Origin: a virus
Lineage: Duplodnaviria; Caudoviricetes
Length of the DNA: 64,000 nt
IMG/VR virus record: IMGVR_UViG_642973512_000001
Location: 32,001-96,000 of that record
Reading direction: 5' to 3' (one strand)
Within the stretch, counting starts at the first letter, position 1, and every line of letters begins with the position of its first letter. Below the pieces are notes generated by a model, which saw only the letters and a program-made list of their open reading frames with translations, did no database searches and was not told where the DNA came from. A program made the translations under genes and the position numbers. Positions 7,557 to 17,992 of the stretch are shown here, piece after piece.

Positions 7557-9080
7557 ATGGATTTTTTTGAATCCTTATCTAAGGCTATGGGCTTGAAGCC
7601 AGAACAAAAGCAAGAGCCACAATTCTCTGGTGATGGGGAAGACACCCTAGAAAAATCAGAGAGGGCACAAGAAGCCAAGTCAATCATAGAAGATCCATTA
7701 GCTCTTAATCAGAGTGAAGGTTACAAAGAAAAGCCACAATCACTCAGCTTTGATACATTGAGGAAAATGTCAGTTAGAAACACAGTGGTTGGTGCTATTA
7801 TACAAACACGAGTAAACCAAATTTCTACATTTTCACAACCCGCCAGATACACAAAAGACGGTATAGGGTTTGAGATAAAATTACGGGACCCTAAAGCTAC
7901 CCCTACTCAAGAACAGAGGGACAGGGCTTTAGCTCTTGAGTCCTTCATTGAAAACTGTGGGTACGACTATAACCCAGGTAGGGACAACTTTGATACTCTC
8001 ATACGTAAGATTGTAAGAGACACATTAACCTTTGACCAGTTATCTTTTGAGATAGTAGAGGATAGATTGGGAAGACCCGCAGAGCTTCATGCAGTTGATG
8101 CGGCTACTGTACGTGCCGCTGAGGTAGAAGTGAATAATGGGGAGGACTATGTTCACCCTACTGATATAGAAGATGAGGATAGAATCAAATGGGTACAAGT
8201 TGTCAATGGACAGATAGTTGCAGAGTTCACAGGTTCTCAGTTGGCTTTTGGGGTTAGAAACCCTAGGACAGACCTAAGCATACAGCCATACGGTTTATCT
8301 GAGCTTGAAATCTTAGTTAAGCAAGTAACCTCTCATTTGTGGGCAGAGGATTATAACTCTAGGTACTTCTCCCAAGGGGGTACAACAAAAGGTATTCTTA
8401 ACATGAAAGGTCAGAATGTCAGCCGTACTCAGCTAGATGCTTTCCGTAGACAATGGACAGCCCAACTAGCAGGTACTACAGGGTCTTGGAAAACTCCAGT
8501 TGTGTCCGTAGAAGGTCTAGAGTACATCAACGTTTCTCAGTCTAACAGGGAAATGGAATATGAAATGTGGATGAATTACCTTATTAACATCTGTTGTGCT
8601 GTGTATCAAATTGATCCATCTGAAGTCAATTTTCCTAACAGAGGTGGAGCTGGAGGTACATCAGGTGGGGGTCTAGGTGATGGAGGTATTGAGGACAGAC
8701 TTAAAAACTCCAGAGATAAAGGTCTAAGACCCCTACTCAGGTTTATAGAGTCTGTCATCAACCGTTATGTTATTAGGCGCTTTAGTGATGAATTTACGTT
8801 TAACTTTGTAGGTCTTGATGGGGAAACAGAGCGAGAAAGATTAGAAATTTCCAATAAACAGGTACGTGCTTTTAAAACGATTAATGAAGTACGTAAAGAA
8901 AATGATCTACCCCCTATTCCAGATGGTAACATCGTACTTGATCCTACTTATACTAACTACATTATGCAAAAGATGCAACTGGAGCAAGCACGAGAAATGG
9001 AAGAGCAGGAGGAAGAGTCCAGTGATTCTGGTATCGAGGTAGTACCTGACGGGCTTGATGACAGGTATAACCAAAGATAA
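7557..9080 (+). CDS. Portal protein
   Basis: Herelleviridae-like portal motifs (RNPR.D...[45 protein letters not shown]); first gene of the head module. Confidence 0.9.
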
Positions 9081-9096
9081 ATATGAGAGCAATAAC

Positions 9097-9132
9097 GACC
9101 CTATGTGATATTATACTCATAGGGTCATTTTT
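9097..9132 (+). terminator. Rho-independent terminator/hairpin
   Basis: GACCCTATG/CATAGGGTC followed by ATTTTT. Confidence 0.55.
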
Positions 9133-9165
9133 AGATATTAACTGAGTCGGGGAGGTGTGGATAGA

Positions 9166-9927
9166 ATGAGCAATTTTAGGTTTTTCCTAGGTGCTGATAT
9201 TCTAAAATCAGAAGATGCTGATGAAAGACGGATTATACGGGGGTATGCTTCAACGCCCGCTGAAGATAGACAAGGTGAATCCTTAGTACAGAAAGGTCTG
9301 GACATATCAGATTTTGTTACTCATGGTTATTTTAATTTTGACCACGATAACAGTAAGATTGTGGGTTATCCATTTGCTGAGAAGTGCGTAGTCACTGAAA
9401 AAGGCTTATGGGTAGAAGGAGAGCTACTTAAAGGAGTAGAGGAAGCAGACAGGATGTGGAATCTTGCTTTAGCTCTACAAAAATCCAATGCACCACGTAA
9501 AGTAGGTTTCTCTGTAGAAGGAAAGGTGTTAGAGAGAGACGGCAACAAAATCCTTAAAGCTAAGATTTACAACGTAGCTGTAACAGCTAATCCAGTAAAT
9601 ACAACTTGCTCATGGGATGCTGTAGTCAAATCTTTTAATGCACCTGCTGAACCACTTGACAAGTCTTTAGAAGCTGGATATGAAGTCGATCCAGAAAAGA
9701 TGGAGGGTGGAGATGTATTCCGTAAGGAAAGCCTAGACAAAGACTTAAAAAATCTGTCATATGTGATGGATGATGATAAGAAAAAGAAAATTCTTAAAGA
9801 ACAGTTGGCTACAAAGTCACTATCTAAGAATGAACTCGCTCTATATCTCCAGATTACCAAAGGGTGGTCTAGGGATGACTGTGAAGCCTTTATAAAAAAG
9901 AACAACCTGATAGGAGGTACAAATTGA
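9166..9927 (+). CDS. Prohead protease
   Basis: GYAST...DRQGE, FNFDH, GFSVEG (catalytic Ser), VAVT.NPVN; lies between portal and capsid. Confidence 0.9.
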   Translation: MSNFRFFLGADILKSEDADERRIIRGYASTPAEDRQGESLVQKGLDISDFVTHGYFNFDHDNSKIVGYPFAEKCVVTEKGLWVEGELLKGVEEADRMWNLALALQKSNAPRKVGFSVEGKVLERDGNKILKAKIYNVAVTANPVNTTCSWDAVVKSFNAPAEPLDKSLEAGYEVDPEKMEGGDVFRKESLDKDLKNLSYVMDDDKKKKILKEQLATKSLSKNELALYLQITKGWSRDDCEAFIKKNNLIGGTN

Positions 9928-10661
9928 TGGATGCACAAGAAATGGTCAATAAGTCCCTAGAAGACGTAGAAAAGCTTACAGAAATGTCTGAAAGCCTATC
10001 TAAATCTGAGGACAGCAAAGAAGTGGCTCCTGAAGAAGTATCTGAAAGTGCTCCTGCTGGAGAGGAGAAAGGGGATGACCCAGTATCTTCTCAAGAGGAT
10101 ACGGATGCTGATAGCGAAGGACAAGAGGATGCCGGGGAAGATGACAGCACAGAAAAGTCTTTAGAATCTGTACTTAGTGAAAATGAGTCTGTACAAAAAT
10201 CCTTAGAAGTTAGTGATTTCCTACAAGAGTTAGTAAAGAGTCTTGATGGAGTGCTTTCTAAGCACCAAGATACTATTTCTAAGTCTATTGAAGGTAACAA
10301 CCAAACCCAAGAATTGCTAGCAAAATCTTTCCAAGGTATTGTTAAGTCTCAGCAAGCTATCGTTAGCACTACTGAGCGCCTTCAAAAGTCAATCACAGAA
10401 CTGAATAGCCGGATTGAAAAGGTAGAGCGCACACCTATCAAAAAATCCGTTACTAACGCTAATGTGATTGAGAAATCTTTTGAGGCTTCTGCTGGTAACA
10501 AAGCTGATGAGAGCCAACAGCTTACTAAGTCTCAGATTGCTGACAAGCTCTTTGCAGGCTTACAAGAGCAAAAGATTGATGATAATGATCTTTACGCTTT
10601 TGAAGCAACTGGTAGTGTAGGTGCTTTATCATCTAAAGCTAGAAATTATTTAGGTATTTAA
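9927..10661 (+). CDS. Probable capsid scaffolding protein
   Basis: Acidic, helical, about 12 repeats of an x-K-S motif; located between protease and major capsid gene. Confidence 0.7.
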   Translation: MDAQEMVNKSLEDVEKLTEMSESLSKSEDSKEVAPEEVSESAPAGEEKGDDPVSSQEDTDADSEGQEDAGEDDSTEKSLESVLSENESVQKSLEVSDFLQELVKSLDGVLSKHQDTISKSIEGNNQTQELLAKSFQGIVKSQQAIVSTTERLQKSITELNSRIEKVERTPIKKSVTNANVIEKSFEASAGNKADESQQLTKSQIADKLFAGLQEQKIDDNDLYAFEATGSVGALSSKARNYLGI

Positions 10662-10690
10662 TAAGACAAACTTATGGAGGTGCTTTTTAA

Positions 10691-12097
10691 ATGAATTTCG
10701 GTAACGGTGTTAATGGCTTTGGTAATGGTAGCCAAGCTGACGTAGATGCTCTTAACAAAGCCCTAGAAGCAGGGCACACGGTCAATCCACTTGATCTTGA
10801 AGGCGGTGGAGCGTTTAGGGTTGAATCCCTAGAAAGAAGCTTACACAACCTGTCTTTCACAGATCAACACATTAAGTTCTGGAAAAAAATTCCTAAGCAA
10901 AAAGCTTACTCAACTGTAGAACAATACGGTCAGTTACTTGACTACGGACGTTCTCAAGGGGCGTTCGTGGGTGAGGGCGTACTACCGGATACTAACGACT
11001 CTACTTACGCTCGTAAGGCAGCATTCGTTAAGTTCCTTGGTACGACTCGTGAAGTAACTCATCCAATGACACTCGTTAATAGTGCATTTGGTAACGTTAT
11101 TGCCCGTCAAAACAAGGACGGTATCCTATGGATGCTTAAACAAATTGAGCAAGCTTTATTCTGGGGTGATAGTAAACTAGCTCCAGGTGGACAAGAAGGT
11201 CTACAGTTTGATGGTATCAACAAAATGATTGACCCAGAAAACACTATTGACCTTAAAGGTAACTACCTAGAGGAGAAACATATTAACTGGGGTTCACAAT
11301 TGATCCTTCAAAACTATGGTACTCCTACTGACTTAATGCTTCCATTTGAAGTTATGGGACAATTCTCTCAAGAGTTCTTCCCTAAAGAGCGTGTTATCAT
11401 GCCTACTAATGATGGATACCAAGCAGGTGTAGTTGTTAACAAGTTCATGACTCATGGTGGAGAAGTAGACTTCACACCTAACTTGTTCTTAAACAAAACA
11501 ACCCCATTGAACATGAACGCATCTAGCCAAAAAGCCCCAGCTCCTGGTACTCTTGCGGCGGAAATTGGTACAGCTAATGACGCTGAGTTTGGTAAGCAGA
11601 CTGGTGGCGGCGCAGGTGTTTACAAGTATGCTGTTACGTTCAATAACAGTCACGGTGAGTCTGTACCTTCTAACATCGTTGATGTTACTATTGCTAACGA
11701 AGACGTTGCTAAAGGTGTAAAACTTACTATCACAAACCCAGTATCTACAGCATTCCCTGTAGAGTACATCAAGGTCTACCGTTCTGAAAAAGACGGTCAA
11801 AGACTTTATGAGGTAGCTAAGTTTGCGGTAACAACCGATAACTCTGGTGGTGTTACTGAGCATACTGATAAATGTGAAATCTTGGCGAACACTTACACAG
11901 CATTCATGGGTGAAATGTCTGAAGAGGTTATTGCCTTCAAACAGCTTACTCCAATGATGAAAATGGACCTCGCCACATTAGGACCAGTTATCCGCTGGAT
12001 GATCCTTATGTACGGTGTACCAGTAATGTACGCTCCTAAGAAGTTCATGAAATACACTAACATCAAAGCTGACGTTCCGGGATACATCGGTAACTAA
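10691..12097 (+). CDS. Major capsid protein precursor
   Basis: SPO1/A511/K-like motifs (ALNK-ALEAG, GGAFRVESL, STVEQY, IEQALFWGD, YGTPTDL); strong terminator follows. Confidence 0.92.
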   Translation: MNFGNGVNGFGNGSQADVDALNKALEAGHTVNPLDLEGGGAFRVESLERSLHNLSFTDQHIKFWKKIPKQKAYSTVEQYGQLLDYGRSQGAFVGEGVLPDTNDSTYARKAAFVKFLGTTREVTHPMTLVNSAFGNVIARQNKDGILWMLKQIEQALFWGDSKLAPGGQEGLQFDGINKMIDPENTIDLKGNYLEEKHINWGSQLILQNYGTPTDLMLPFEVMGQFSQEFFPKERVIMPTNDGYQAGVVVNKFMTHGGEVDFTPNLFLNKTTPLNMNASSQKAPAPGTLAAEIGTANDAEFGKQTGGGAGVYKYAVTFNNSHGESVPSNIVDVTIANEDVAKGVKLTITNPVSTAFPVEYIKVYRSEKDGQRLYEVAKFAVTTDNSGGVTEHTDKCEILANTYTAFMGEMSEEVIAFKQLTPMMKMDLATLGPVIRWMILMYGVPVMYAPKKFMKYTNIKADVPGYIGN

Positions 12098-12113
12098 GAG
12101 CTTTGAGTTCAAG

Positions 12114-12147
12114 ATAGGAGACAGCTAAGTGCTGTCTCCTATTTTTG
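12114..12147 (+). terminator. Rho-independent terminator
   Basis: ATAGGAGACAGC/GCTGTCTCCTAT perfect 12-bp stem followed by a T run. Confidence 0.85.
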
Positions 12148-12201
12148 TTCCCTTCTGTTTTCCAGATTTTAGATTATAGACTATAAAGGAGGTAATGGGA
12201 A

Positions 12202-12561
12202 ATGCCAAAAATCCAGAATGTAGCACTTAGAGGAAAAGAAGTAGTGATGTCTATCGGTAAGGTTAACTTCGATAATGAAGGTATTGCTGATATCAACGAT
12301 GAAAAATACTATAACTCCCTACTGGAAATTACAGGGTTCCATAAAGTAACTATCAAAGGTGAGGACGTCACCCCTCCCCCTTCAGATGAAGAGGAAGAGG
12401 AGGAAGAGGAGGAAGCAGAAGAGAAGACAGAGTTCATTAAGCCTAAGTCGCATAAAGAAGCTGATAGCCTAGCAGAAGAGTTGGGCATGGAGCCATTTGA
12501 AGAGGGCATGCAGTTGAAAGACAAGGTTGCCGCTATCGAAGAGTTCCAAGCTAAGAAATAA
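12202..12561 (+). CDS. Hypothetical protein following capsid (poly-Glu linker)
   Basis: AAGGAGG RBS; conserved post-capsid position. Confidence 0.75.
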   Translation: MPKIQNVALRGKEVVMSIGKVNFDNEGIADINDEKYYNSLLEITGFHKVTIKGEDVTPPPSDEEEEEEEEEAEEKTEFIKPKSHKEADSLAEELGMEPFEEGMQLKDKVAAIEEFQAKK

Positions 12562-12577
12562 GTAAGGAGGGTGTTCA

Positions 12578-13312
12578 ATGAAGTATGAAGATATAAATAG
12601 CACCTTTCTAAGAGAAAACTATCTATTTGGTGTCCCTCTTGAAGACCAATATGGAAATAAAATGAAAGAGGGTATGCTAGACCACTACATTAAATCAGCC
12701 ATCGAATACACTCAAAGGATGCTAAACATAGTCATTAAGCCTACGGAGGTAACCCATGAGGTCCATGATTATTATGCGGGAGACTACACCAATTGGTCAT
12801 TCTTGCAGTTAAATAAGAGACCTATCATGGAAGTCAGTCAACTTAGTATGTACTTTGGTGAAAGCAAGATGTTTGATATACCAGTAGATTGGGTCAGGAT
12901 ATATGACATACCAGGTCAGTTGCAGTTATTTCCTACCTCAGGTACTACAAGCATAGCTCTTACTGGAGGGGGTTCTTTTCTTCCTTTCGTTCTAGGTACT
13001 TACTCCAGTGCTCCGGGAGTGTGGAGAGTCAGCTATAAGGCTGGACTAGAAGATATTCCAGAAGACATGGTAGAGTACATCATGAAAAGAGCTTCTATTG
13101 GTATACTACAAGTATGGGGTGACTTAATCATTGGAGCCGGTATTGCTAATACTACCCTCTCTATTGATGGTTTATCACAGTCCATTGGTACCACTCAGTC
13201 TCCAGAGTTCTCAGGTGCAGGGTCTAGGATTAAAAACTATCAAGATGACATGAAAGACCTAGAGAAAAGACTTAAGGACACTTATGTAGGTATCAATCTA
13301 GGGGTGATATAA
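12578..13312 (+). CDS. Putative head-tail adaptor (neck) protein
   Basis: Position; GAGIA...SIDG.SQSI.TTQS motif typical of Herelleviridae neck proteins. Confidence 0.7.
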   Translation: MKYEDINSTFLRENYLFGVPLEDQYGNKMKEGMLDHYIKSAIEYTQRMLNIVIKPTEVTHEVHDYYAGDYTNWSFLQLNKRPIMEVSQLSMYFGESKMFDIPVDWVRIYDIPGQLQLFPTSGTTSIALTGGGSFLPFVLGTYSSAPGVWRVSYKAGLEDIPEDMVEYIMKRASIGILQVWGDLIIGAGIANTTLSIDGLSQSIGTTQSPEFSGAGSRIKNYQDDMKDLEKRLKDTYVGINLGVI

Positions 13313-14031
13313 TGACTCTCAATTATAATGATCTGAATATCGTGACGGCACTCTATAATAAGAGTGTCCGTGTTGACTTTAGAGTAGAAGATTTTGAGAG
13401 GTTGGTTCAGCAAAAGGGTTATAAAGTAAAATGGGAACAAGCAATGTATTGTACTTGTTACTATGACCCTGAGATAGATCAATATACTGGACAACCTAAT
13501 TATAATTGTCCCCATTGTAAAGGTGAAGGTTTTACGTATCTAGACCCAGTAGAAATACGGGTGGTTGCCACTGGCATTAGTAATGGAGTGGATCAAACTC
13601 GTATAGGTCTTAATGAGCTTGGTACTGCATATGTGACACTATCCACAAATACTATAATAGGTATAAGGGACCGTTTTACTTTTGTAGACTTTACCATAAG
13701 ATACTCTCAGATCATACAACTGTCTGGGGATAAGGTAGATAAGCTTAAGTATCCTCCAACAAACCTAATAGCTGTTAGGACTCCTAACGGAAGTATATTT
13801 AAGCCGGGAATAGACTGCAAACTTACTCCTGAAGGGGTTGAATGGATATCAAGCCCTGGAACAGAGGGTCAAGTAGTGTCTGTCCTATACCAAGGATTGC
13901 CCCGATATATAGCCTTGGGTCCAATTCACGAATTGCGTGGTACGTATCTCATGTCAAAAAACAAAGGCATGGAAACCTTTGCAAGACTTCCACAGCAATT
14001 CCAAGTTAAGAGAGAGGACATGATTGAGTGA
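13312..14031 (+). CDS. Putative neck/head-closure protein
   Basis: WE.A..C.C and CPHC.G.G motifs; translationally coupled. Confidence 0.65.
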   Translation: MTLNYNDLNIVTALYNKSVRVDFRVEDFERLVQQKGYKVKWEQAMYCTCYYDPEIDQYTGQPNYNCPHCKGEGFTYLDPVEIRVVATGISNGVDQTRIGLNELGTAYVTLSTNTIIGIRDRFTFVDFTIRYSQIIQLSGDKVDKLKYPPTNLIAVRTPNGSIFKPGIDCKLTPEGVEWISSPGTEGQVVSVLYQGLPRYIALGPIHELRGTYLMSKNKGMETFARLPQQFQVKREDMIE

Positions 14032-14666
14032 TTAATCTGGATATACAGGGTTCAAGGTTACGACTTGAGCCTATTGTAGAAGACATAGGGGCAAATGTCT
14101 TGTATCAAATGGCTAATAATGTGAAAGATTTATGGGTGAAAGAAGCTACAAATACCTTAAAAACTACTGCTGGCACCTATGTGAGTTCCATTAATATGGA
14201 GTTCACTATGGGTGCTACTTTAAAGGCAGAAATATATCTGGAGGGGTCATGGGCTAAAAAGCTAGAACTAGGATTCCAACCCTATGACATGAAGCCCGTG
14301 TTCGCTAGGAGCGATAAAAGGAAGACCTCTAAAGATGGTGGTTGGTATATGGACATACCATTTAAGCACACCACTCCAGCGGCTACAGGCAGAACAGGCA
14401 TGCCAATGCCAAGTTCCGTTTATAGAAAGGCTAGGAATTTACCTCTTGGTGGACGCTTACCTAGTAACATGGGCAATTTTGGAGGCATGCAGAAGCAGAA
14501 AGAATCTCCTACAAGCTCTCGTAGCTCCTATATGACATGGAGAAGAGTTAGCAATAATAGTTCACCAGACGCATTCAAGCACCCTGGATTCTCAGGGGCT
14601 AAGGTCCTAGATAAGATTAGTGGAAAGATAGATGACATCTTTTCAAGAGTATACTCATCTAGATAG
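14028..14666 (+). CDS. Putative tail completion/neck protein
   Basis: DMKP.F....K....GGWY..IPF and WRRVS.NS motifs; position. Confidence 0.6.
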   Translation: MINLDIQGSRLRLEPIVEDIGANVLYQMANNVKDLWVKEATNTLKTTAGTYVSSINMEFTMGATLKAEIYLEGSWAKKLELGFQPYDMKPVFARSDKRKTSKDGGWYMDIPFKHTTPAATGRTGMPMPSSVYRKARNLPLGGRLPSNMGNFGGMQKQKESPTSSRSSYMTWRRVSNNSSPDAFKHPGFSGAKVLDKISGKIDDIFSRVYSSR

Positions 14667-14702
14667 ACCAACTTCCCCAATAGGAGAGGAGGAATATAAT
14701 AT

Positions 14703-15560
14703 ATGATCCCAGTTATAGAGGATTATTTAACTGAATTGATAAGCAGAAAGATAAAACAACTCAAAGAAAACCCAAACCTTATCTCTAGGATTTTGAGAGT
14801 GAGTGAGGGTAGATCAACTAGGTTGCAAACTTATCTGGGTGCTCCAGACAGCAAGATCGCAGTTGTTAAAGGGTATCCAAGACCAGATGCTCAGATTCCG
14901 TGCTATGCAGTTTTACTAGCGGAAGAAGAGGAAACACAGGACGGTCTTGGAGATTACGATGAGTTGGGAGATTACTCTGTAGGGGATGCTACTGAGGAAG
15001 CTACAGTCATAGAGGGTAGGAATGGTCCTTTACAGGTGCAACTAAGTAGAATCCCTCTTGAGTATATTGTCTCTATACACAATAACAGTACTGGGGTGTG
15101 GTTAAGACCTGATGAGTATGACGTCATTGACCCGGATAAAGGCATTATAGGATTCTTCACGGCTAACATTGAAGAAGGGGATTCTGTAACGGTTAAGTAT
15201 AACTACAGGGAAACAGCCTCAGAGGGCGTAATTACTCTATTCAATGCTACCTTTAGGGTAGAAGCTTGGTCCGCAAATGCTGACTTGACAGGAGAAATGT
15301 ATCATTTACTTAAATGGTGCCTACTTAGTGGCAGGGATGAGTTAGGTAGTGATAAGTTACTCGTTAGACAAAAAATGTCCGGTGGTGACTTAAACCCCGC
15401 ACCAGACTACATGCCGACATTTGTGTACCGAAGAGGTCTTAATTTCTGGTGTCAATATGAGTCTAGTATTGTATCCGAAGATGTTAAGTACATCACAGAT
15501 GTAGACTCCCATATGACAGTAGTATCCAAAATTATAACTAACAGAGGTGAGGAGCAATGA
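14703..15560 (+). CDS. Putative tail terminator protein
   Basis: Immediately upstream of the sheath; MIP..E.Y and YPR motifs. Confidence 0.6.
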   Translation: MIPVIEDYLTELISRKIKQLKENPNLISRILRVSEGRSTRLQTYLGAPDSKIAVVKGYPRPDAQIPCYAVLLAEEEETQDGLGDYDELGDYSVGDATEEATVIEGRNGPLQVQLSRIPLEYIVSIHNNSTGVWLRPDEYDVIDPDKGIIGFFTANIEEGDSVTVKYNYRETASEGVITLFNATFRVEAWSANADLTGEMYHLLKWCLLSGRDELGSDKLLVRQKMSGGDLNPAPDYMPTFVYRRGLNFWCQYESSIVSEDVKYITDVDSHMTVVSKIITNRGEEQ

Positions 15561-15760
15561 AAAAAGGCACAACCGTAGCAAAGAAGGTAGCTAAGCCTGA
15601 AGCTTTGGAGCCTAGGATTCACATAGATGAGTTCCTCAAGCTCCATAGTGGTCTAAATGAAATTAGACAATCTGGGTTCCGAGCCTTATCAAAAGGTAAG
15701 GTTTGGATGAGAAAATCCCAGTGGGAAGAAATACTAAAACAGTATATAGAAGGGGTGTAA
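15557..15760 (+). CDS. Small hypothetical protein preceding sheath
   Basis: ATGA overlap, RBS, IHIDEFL motif. Confidence 0.65.
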   Translation: MKKGTTVAKKVAKPEALEPRIHIDEFLKLHSGLNEIRQSGFRALSKGKVWMRKSQWEEILKQYIEGV

Positions 15761-15764
15761 GTAG

Positions 15765-17480
15765 ATGGCTATTAATCAGTATGGTGTAAACTTTAACGGT
15801 CGTAGAATCGTGCATCCGGGTGCCTATGGTAGCATTGATGACTCAGCAATGGTAGTCACCTCAGATGGTAGCTCCAATATTCCTATTGTTATCGGTACTG
15901 CTGACTCTGGTAAATCTGGAGAAGTACTCTGGTACACAGGGGTAGAAGATGCTAGAAATGAGCTAGGTGGTGGGGATTTACCTCAAGCCCTAGAAATGAT
16001 GTTTTCTCCAAGCCCTGAGGGTGGCGGTGGAGCTAGTTTAGTTGGTGTTATTGTTGCCAATAAAACTGTCCCAGCTACTGCTACTATCGGAGGGGTTAAG
16101 TTCACAGCCGCAGAGTATGGTGAAGGCGGTAACAAAATTCAGGTTAAGCTAGAAGACGGGTCTATCCCAGGGTCTAAGAAATTCACAGCTTACAAGTGGG
16201 ACACACAAGACTTAGATACCTTTGACAATATTGGGTCCGTCATGTCAGTAGCATATACTGGTACAGCTAAGGTAGCTGTCATTGATGTTGTTGTTACTGA
16301 TGGCGTAGCTACAAAGATTGAGACTAAGGTTGGGGAAGATGCTGAGAACCTAACAGTGGACCTCCAGTTAGACTTGACTAACGAGAGATACTCTACAATT
16401 GAAGCGGTTGCCCAATACCTAAACAGTGTGTCTGATTACAGTGCATCTTATGTAACTTCTATGTCTCTAGAGCTTGAGTCTTCTAAACTAGACGCTATTA
16501 CAGGTCAGGACATCAAGACTAAAAGCTATTTGACTGCCCTGAAGGGTGACTTAGAGTTTCGTATTAGTCAATACGCTGACTTGGTAGATGTTGAAGTAAC
16601 TGGTGAAATCGTCAACTTTGATAACACTTACTTATCAGGTGGGGAAAAGGGGACAACACCTGCATCATGGTCCGACTACCTTGACTTAATTAAGAAACAG
16701 TACAGTGACATCCTTGTGGTACTGACTGACAGTGAAGCTATTCACGCAGAAGCTTTAGCTCATGTCCAGCAAATGGAAAATCGTAAACAACGTCAGATGT
16801 TGTTTGTAGGCGGAGGTAAGGGGGAAGCTCCTGAAAGAGCTATTGAGAGGGCTAGTCTTCTTAACTCTTCTAGAGCAGTCCTAGCTTATCCAGGCATCTA
16901 CCATAGCTCTTACTACAGCGGATCTAGAGAACTTCCAGCGTACTTTACAGCGGCAATGATCGCAGGTAGGGTAGCAGGAGTATCCCAAAGTACTCCAGTA
17001 ACGTTCAACAAGTTCAACTTAGTTTCTCTTGGTAGGGACATGCTAGCTGGAGACCCTGAGATTGATCAGTTAATCACTTCTGGTGTTTGTACCCTTGAGA
17101 AAGTCAAGAACGGTGCTATCCGTTTGGTACAGGGTATTACAACTTATATCGGCTCTAACAATACGTTACTCAGAGAAATCTCAGTGCGTAGAACTGCTGA
17201 CTTAGTAGCTACTAGTGTCGAGCAAACTCTAGAAGATACCTTTGTAGGTAAGAAAGGGGTATCTACTACTGTATCTTCTGTGGAAACTGTAGTGTCTGAC
17301 ACCTTAGCTGAGAAAGTGAGAACAGAAGATATTATTGGATATGGTGATATTAAGGTTACCTTCAAGAACACAATGATCTATGTAGATTATGAGGTAGCTG
17401 TTGTTGAGCCTATGAACTACATCTTAGTTCGCTCTCACTTTGTTCCAGATACTGGACAATTTACTACAGAGGAGGTATAA
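15765..17480 (+). CDS. Contractile tail sheath protein
   Basis: HPGAY, IG.A..G, LSGG..GT.PASW, RLVQGITT, EISV; 571 aa. Confidence 0.92.
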   Translation: MAINQYGVNFNGRRIVHPGAYGSIDDSAMVVTSDGSSNIPIVIGTADSGKSGEVLWYTGVEDARNELGGGDLPQALEMMFSPSPEGGGGASLVGVIVANKTVPATATIGGVKFTAAEYGEGGNKIQVKLEDGSIPGSKKFTAYKWDTQDLDTFDNIGSVMSVAYTGTAKVAVIDVVVTDGVATKIETKVGEDAENLTVDLQLDLTNERYSTIEAVAQYLNSVSDYSASYVTSMSLELESSKLDAITGQDIKTKSYLTALKGDLEFRISQYADLVDVEVTGEIVNFDNTYLSGGEKGTTPASWSDYLDLIKKQYSDILVVLTDSEAIHAEALAHVQQMENRKQRQMLFVGGGKGEAPERAIERASLLNSSRAVLAYPGIYHSSYYSGSRELPAYFTAAMIAGRVAGVSQSTPVTFNKFNLVSLGRDMLAGDPEIDQLITSGVCTLEKVKNGAIRLVQGITTYIGSNNTLLREISVRRTADLVATSVEQTLEDTFVGKKGVSTTVSSVETVVSDTLAEKVRTEDIIGYGDIKVTFKNTMIYVDYEVAVVEPMNYILVRSHFVPDTGQFTTEEV

Positions 17481-17483
17481 TAA

Positions 17484-17897
17484 ATGGCAAGAGCACAAGA
17501 TCAAACGGTGCATTCCGGTCATACTATTAATATTAAGTATGGCTCTACTATTGTTGGACGTATCCAAGGACTAGACAGTGACCGTGACTTCGGGACTGAG
17601 GGTGTGTATGAAATTGGGTCTATGATGCCTCAAGAGCATGTTACCAACAAATATACAGCTTCAGTTACTTGTGAACGGTTCTTTGTGAGAAACAAAGCCC
17701 TAGCAAAACTTGGCTTTGCCGCCGTAGGTAAAGAAGTTCTTAAGAAGAACCTTTTCACTATTGAAGTGGTAGACAAGTACACAGGAAAAGTGGAGCGTTC
17801 TTATCATGGTTGCACATTATCCACTTATAGGGAGAGCTTTAAGGTTAATGCTATCGCTGGAGAGAATGCTACTTGGCAGTATCTCTATGCTAGCTAA
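17484..17897 (+). CDS. Tail tube protein
   Basis: QTVHSG.TI, FGTEGVYEIGSMMPQEH, YHGC; directly follows sheath. Confidence 0.9.
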   Translation: MARAQDQTVHSGHTINIKYGSTIVGRIQGLDSDRDFGTEGVYEIGSMMPQEHVTNKYTASVTCERFFVRNKALAKLGFAAVGKEVLKKNLFTIEVVDKYTGKVERSYHGCTLSTYRESFKVNAIAGENATWQYLYAS

Positions 17898-17919
17898 TAA
17901 AATTTAATACTAGCAGTAT

Positions 17920-17964
17920 TAGGGGCATGGGTTTTGTTATGAGACTCATGCCCCTATTTTATTT
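17920..17964 (+). terminator. Rho-independent terminator
   Basis: TAGGGGCATG/CATGCCCCTA followed by TTTT. Confidence 0.8.
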
Positions 17965-17992
17965 ATGAACAAACTTTAGGAGGTATCACAAT

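Noticed and set aside
7026-7557. No terminase gene next to the portal
   Set aside because: Absence from this window is not informative; the terminase presumably lies elsewhere in the genome.
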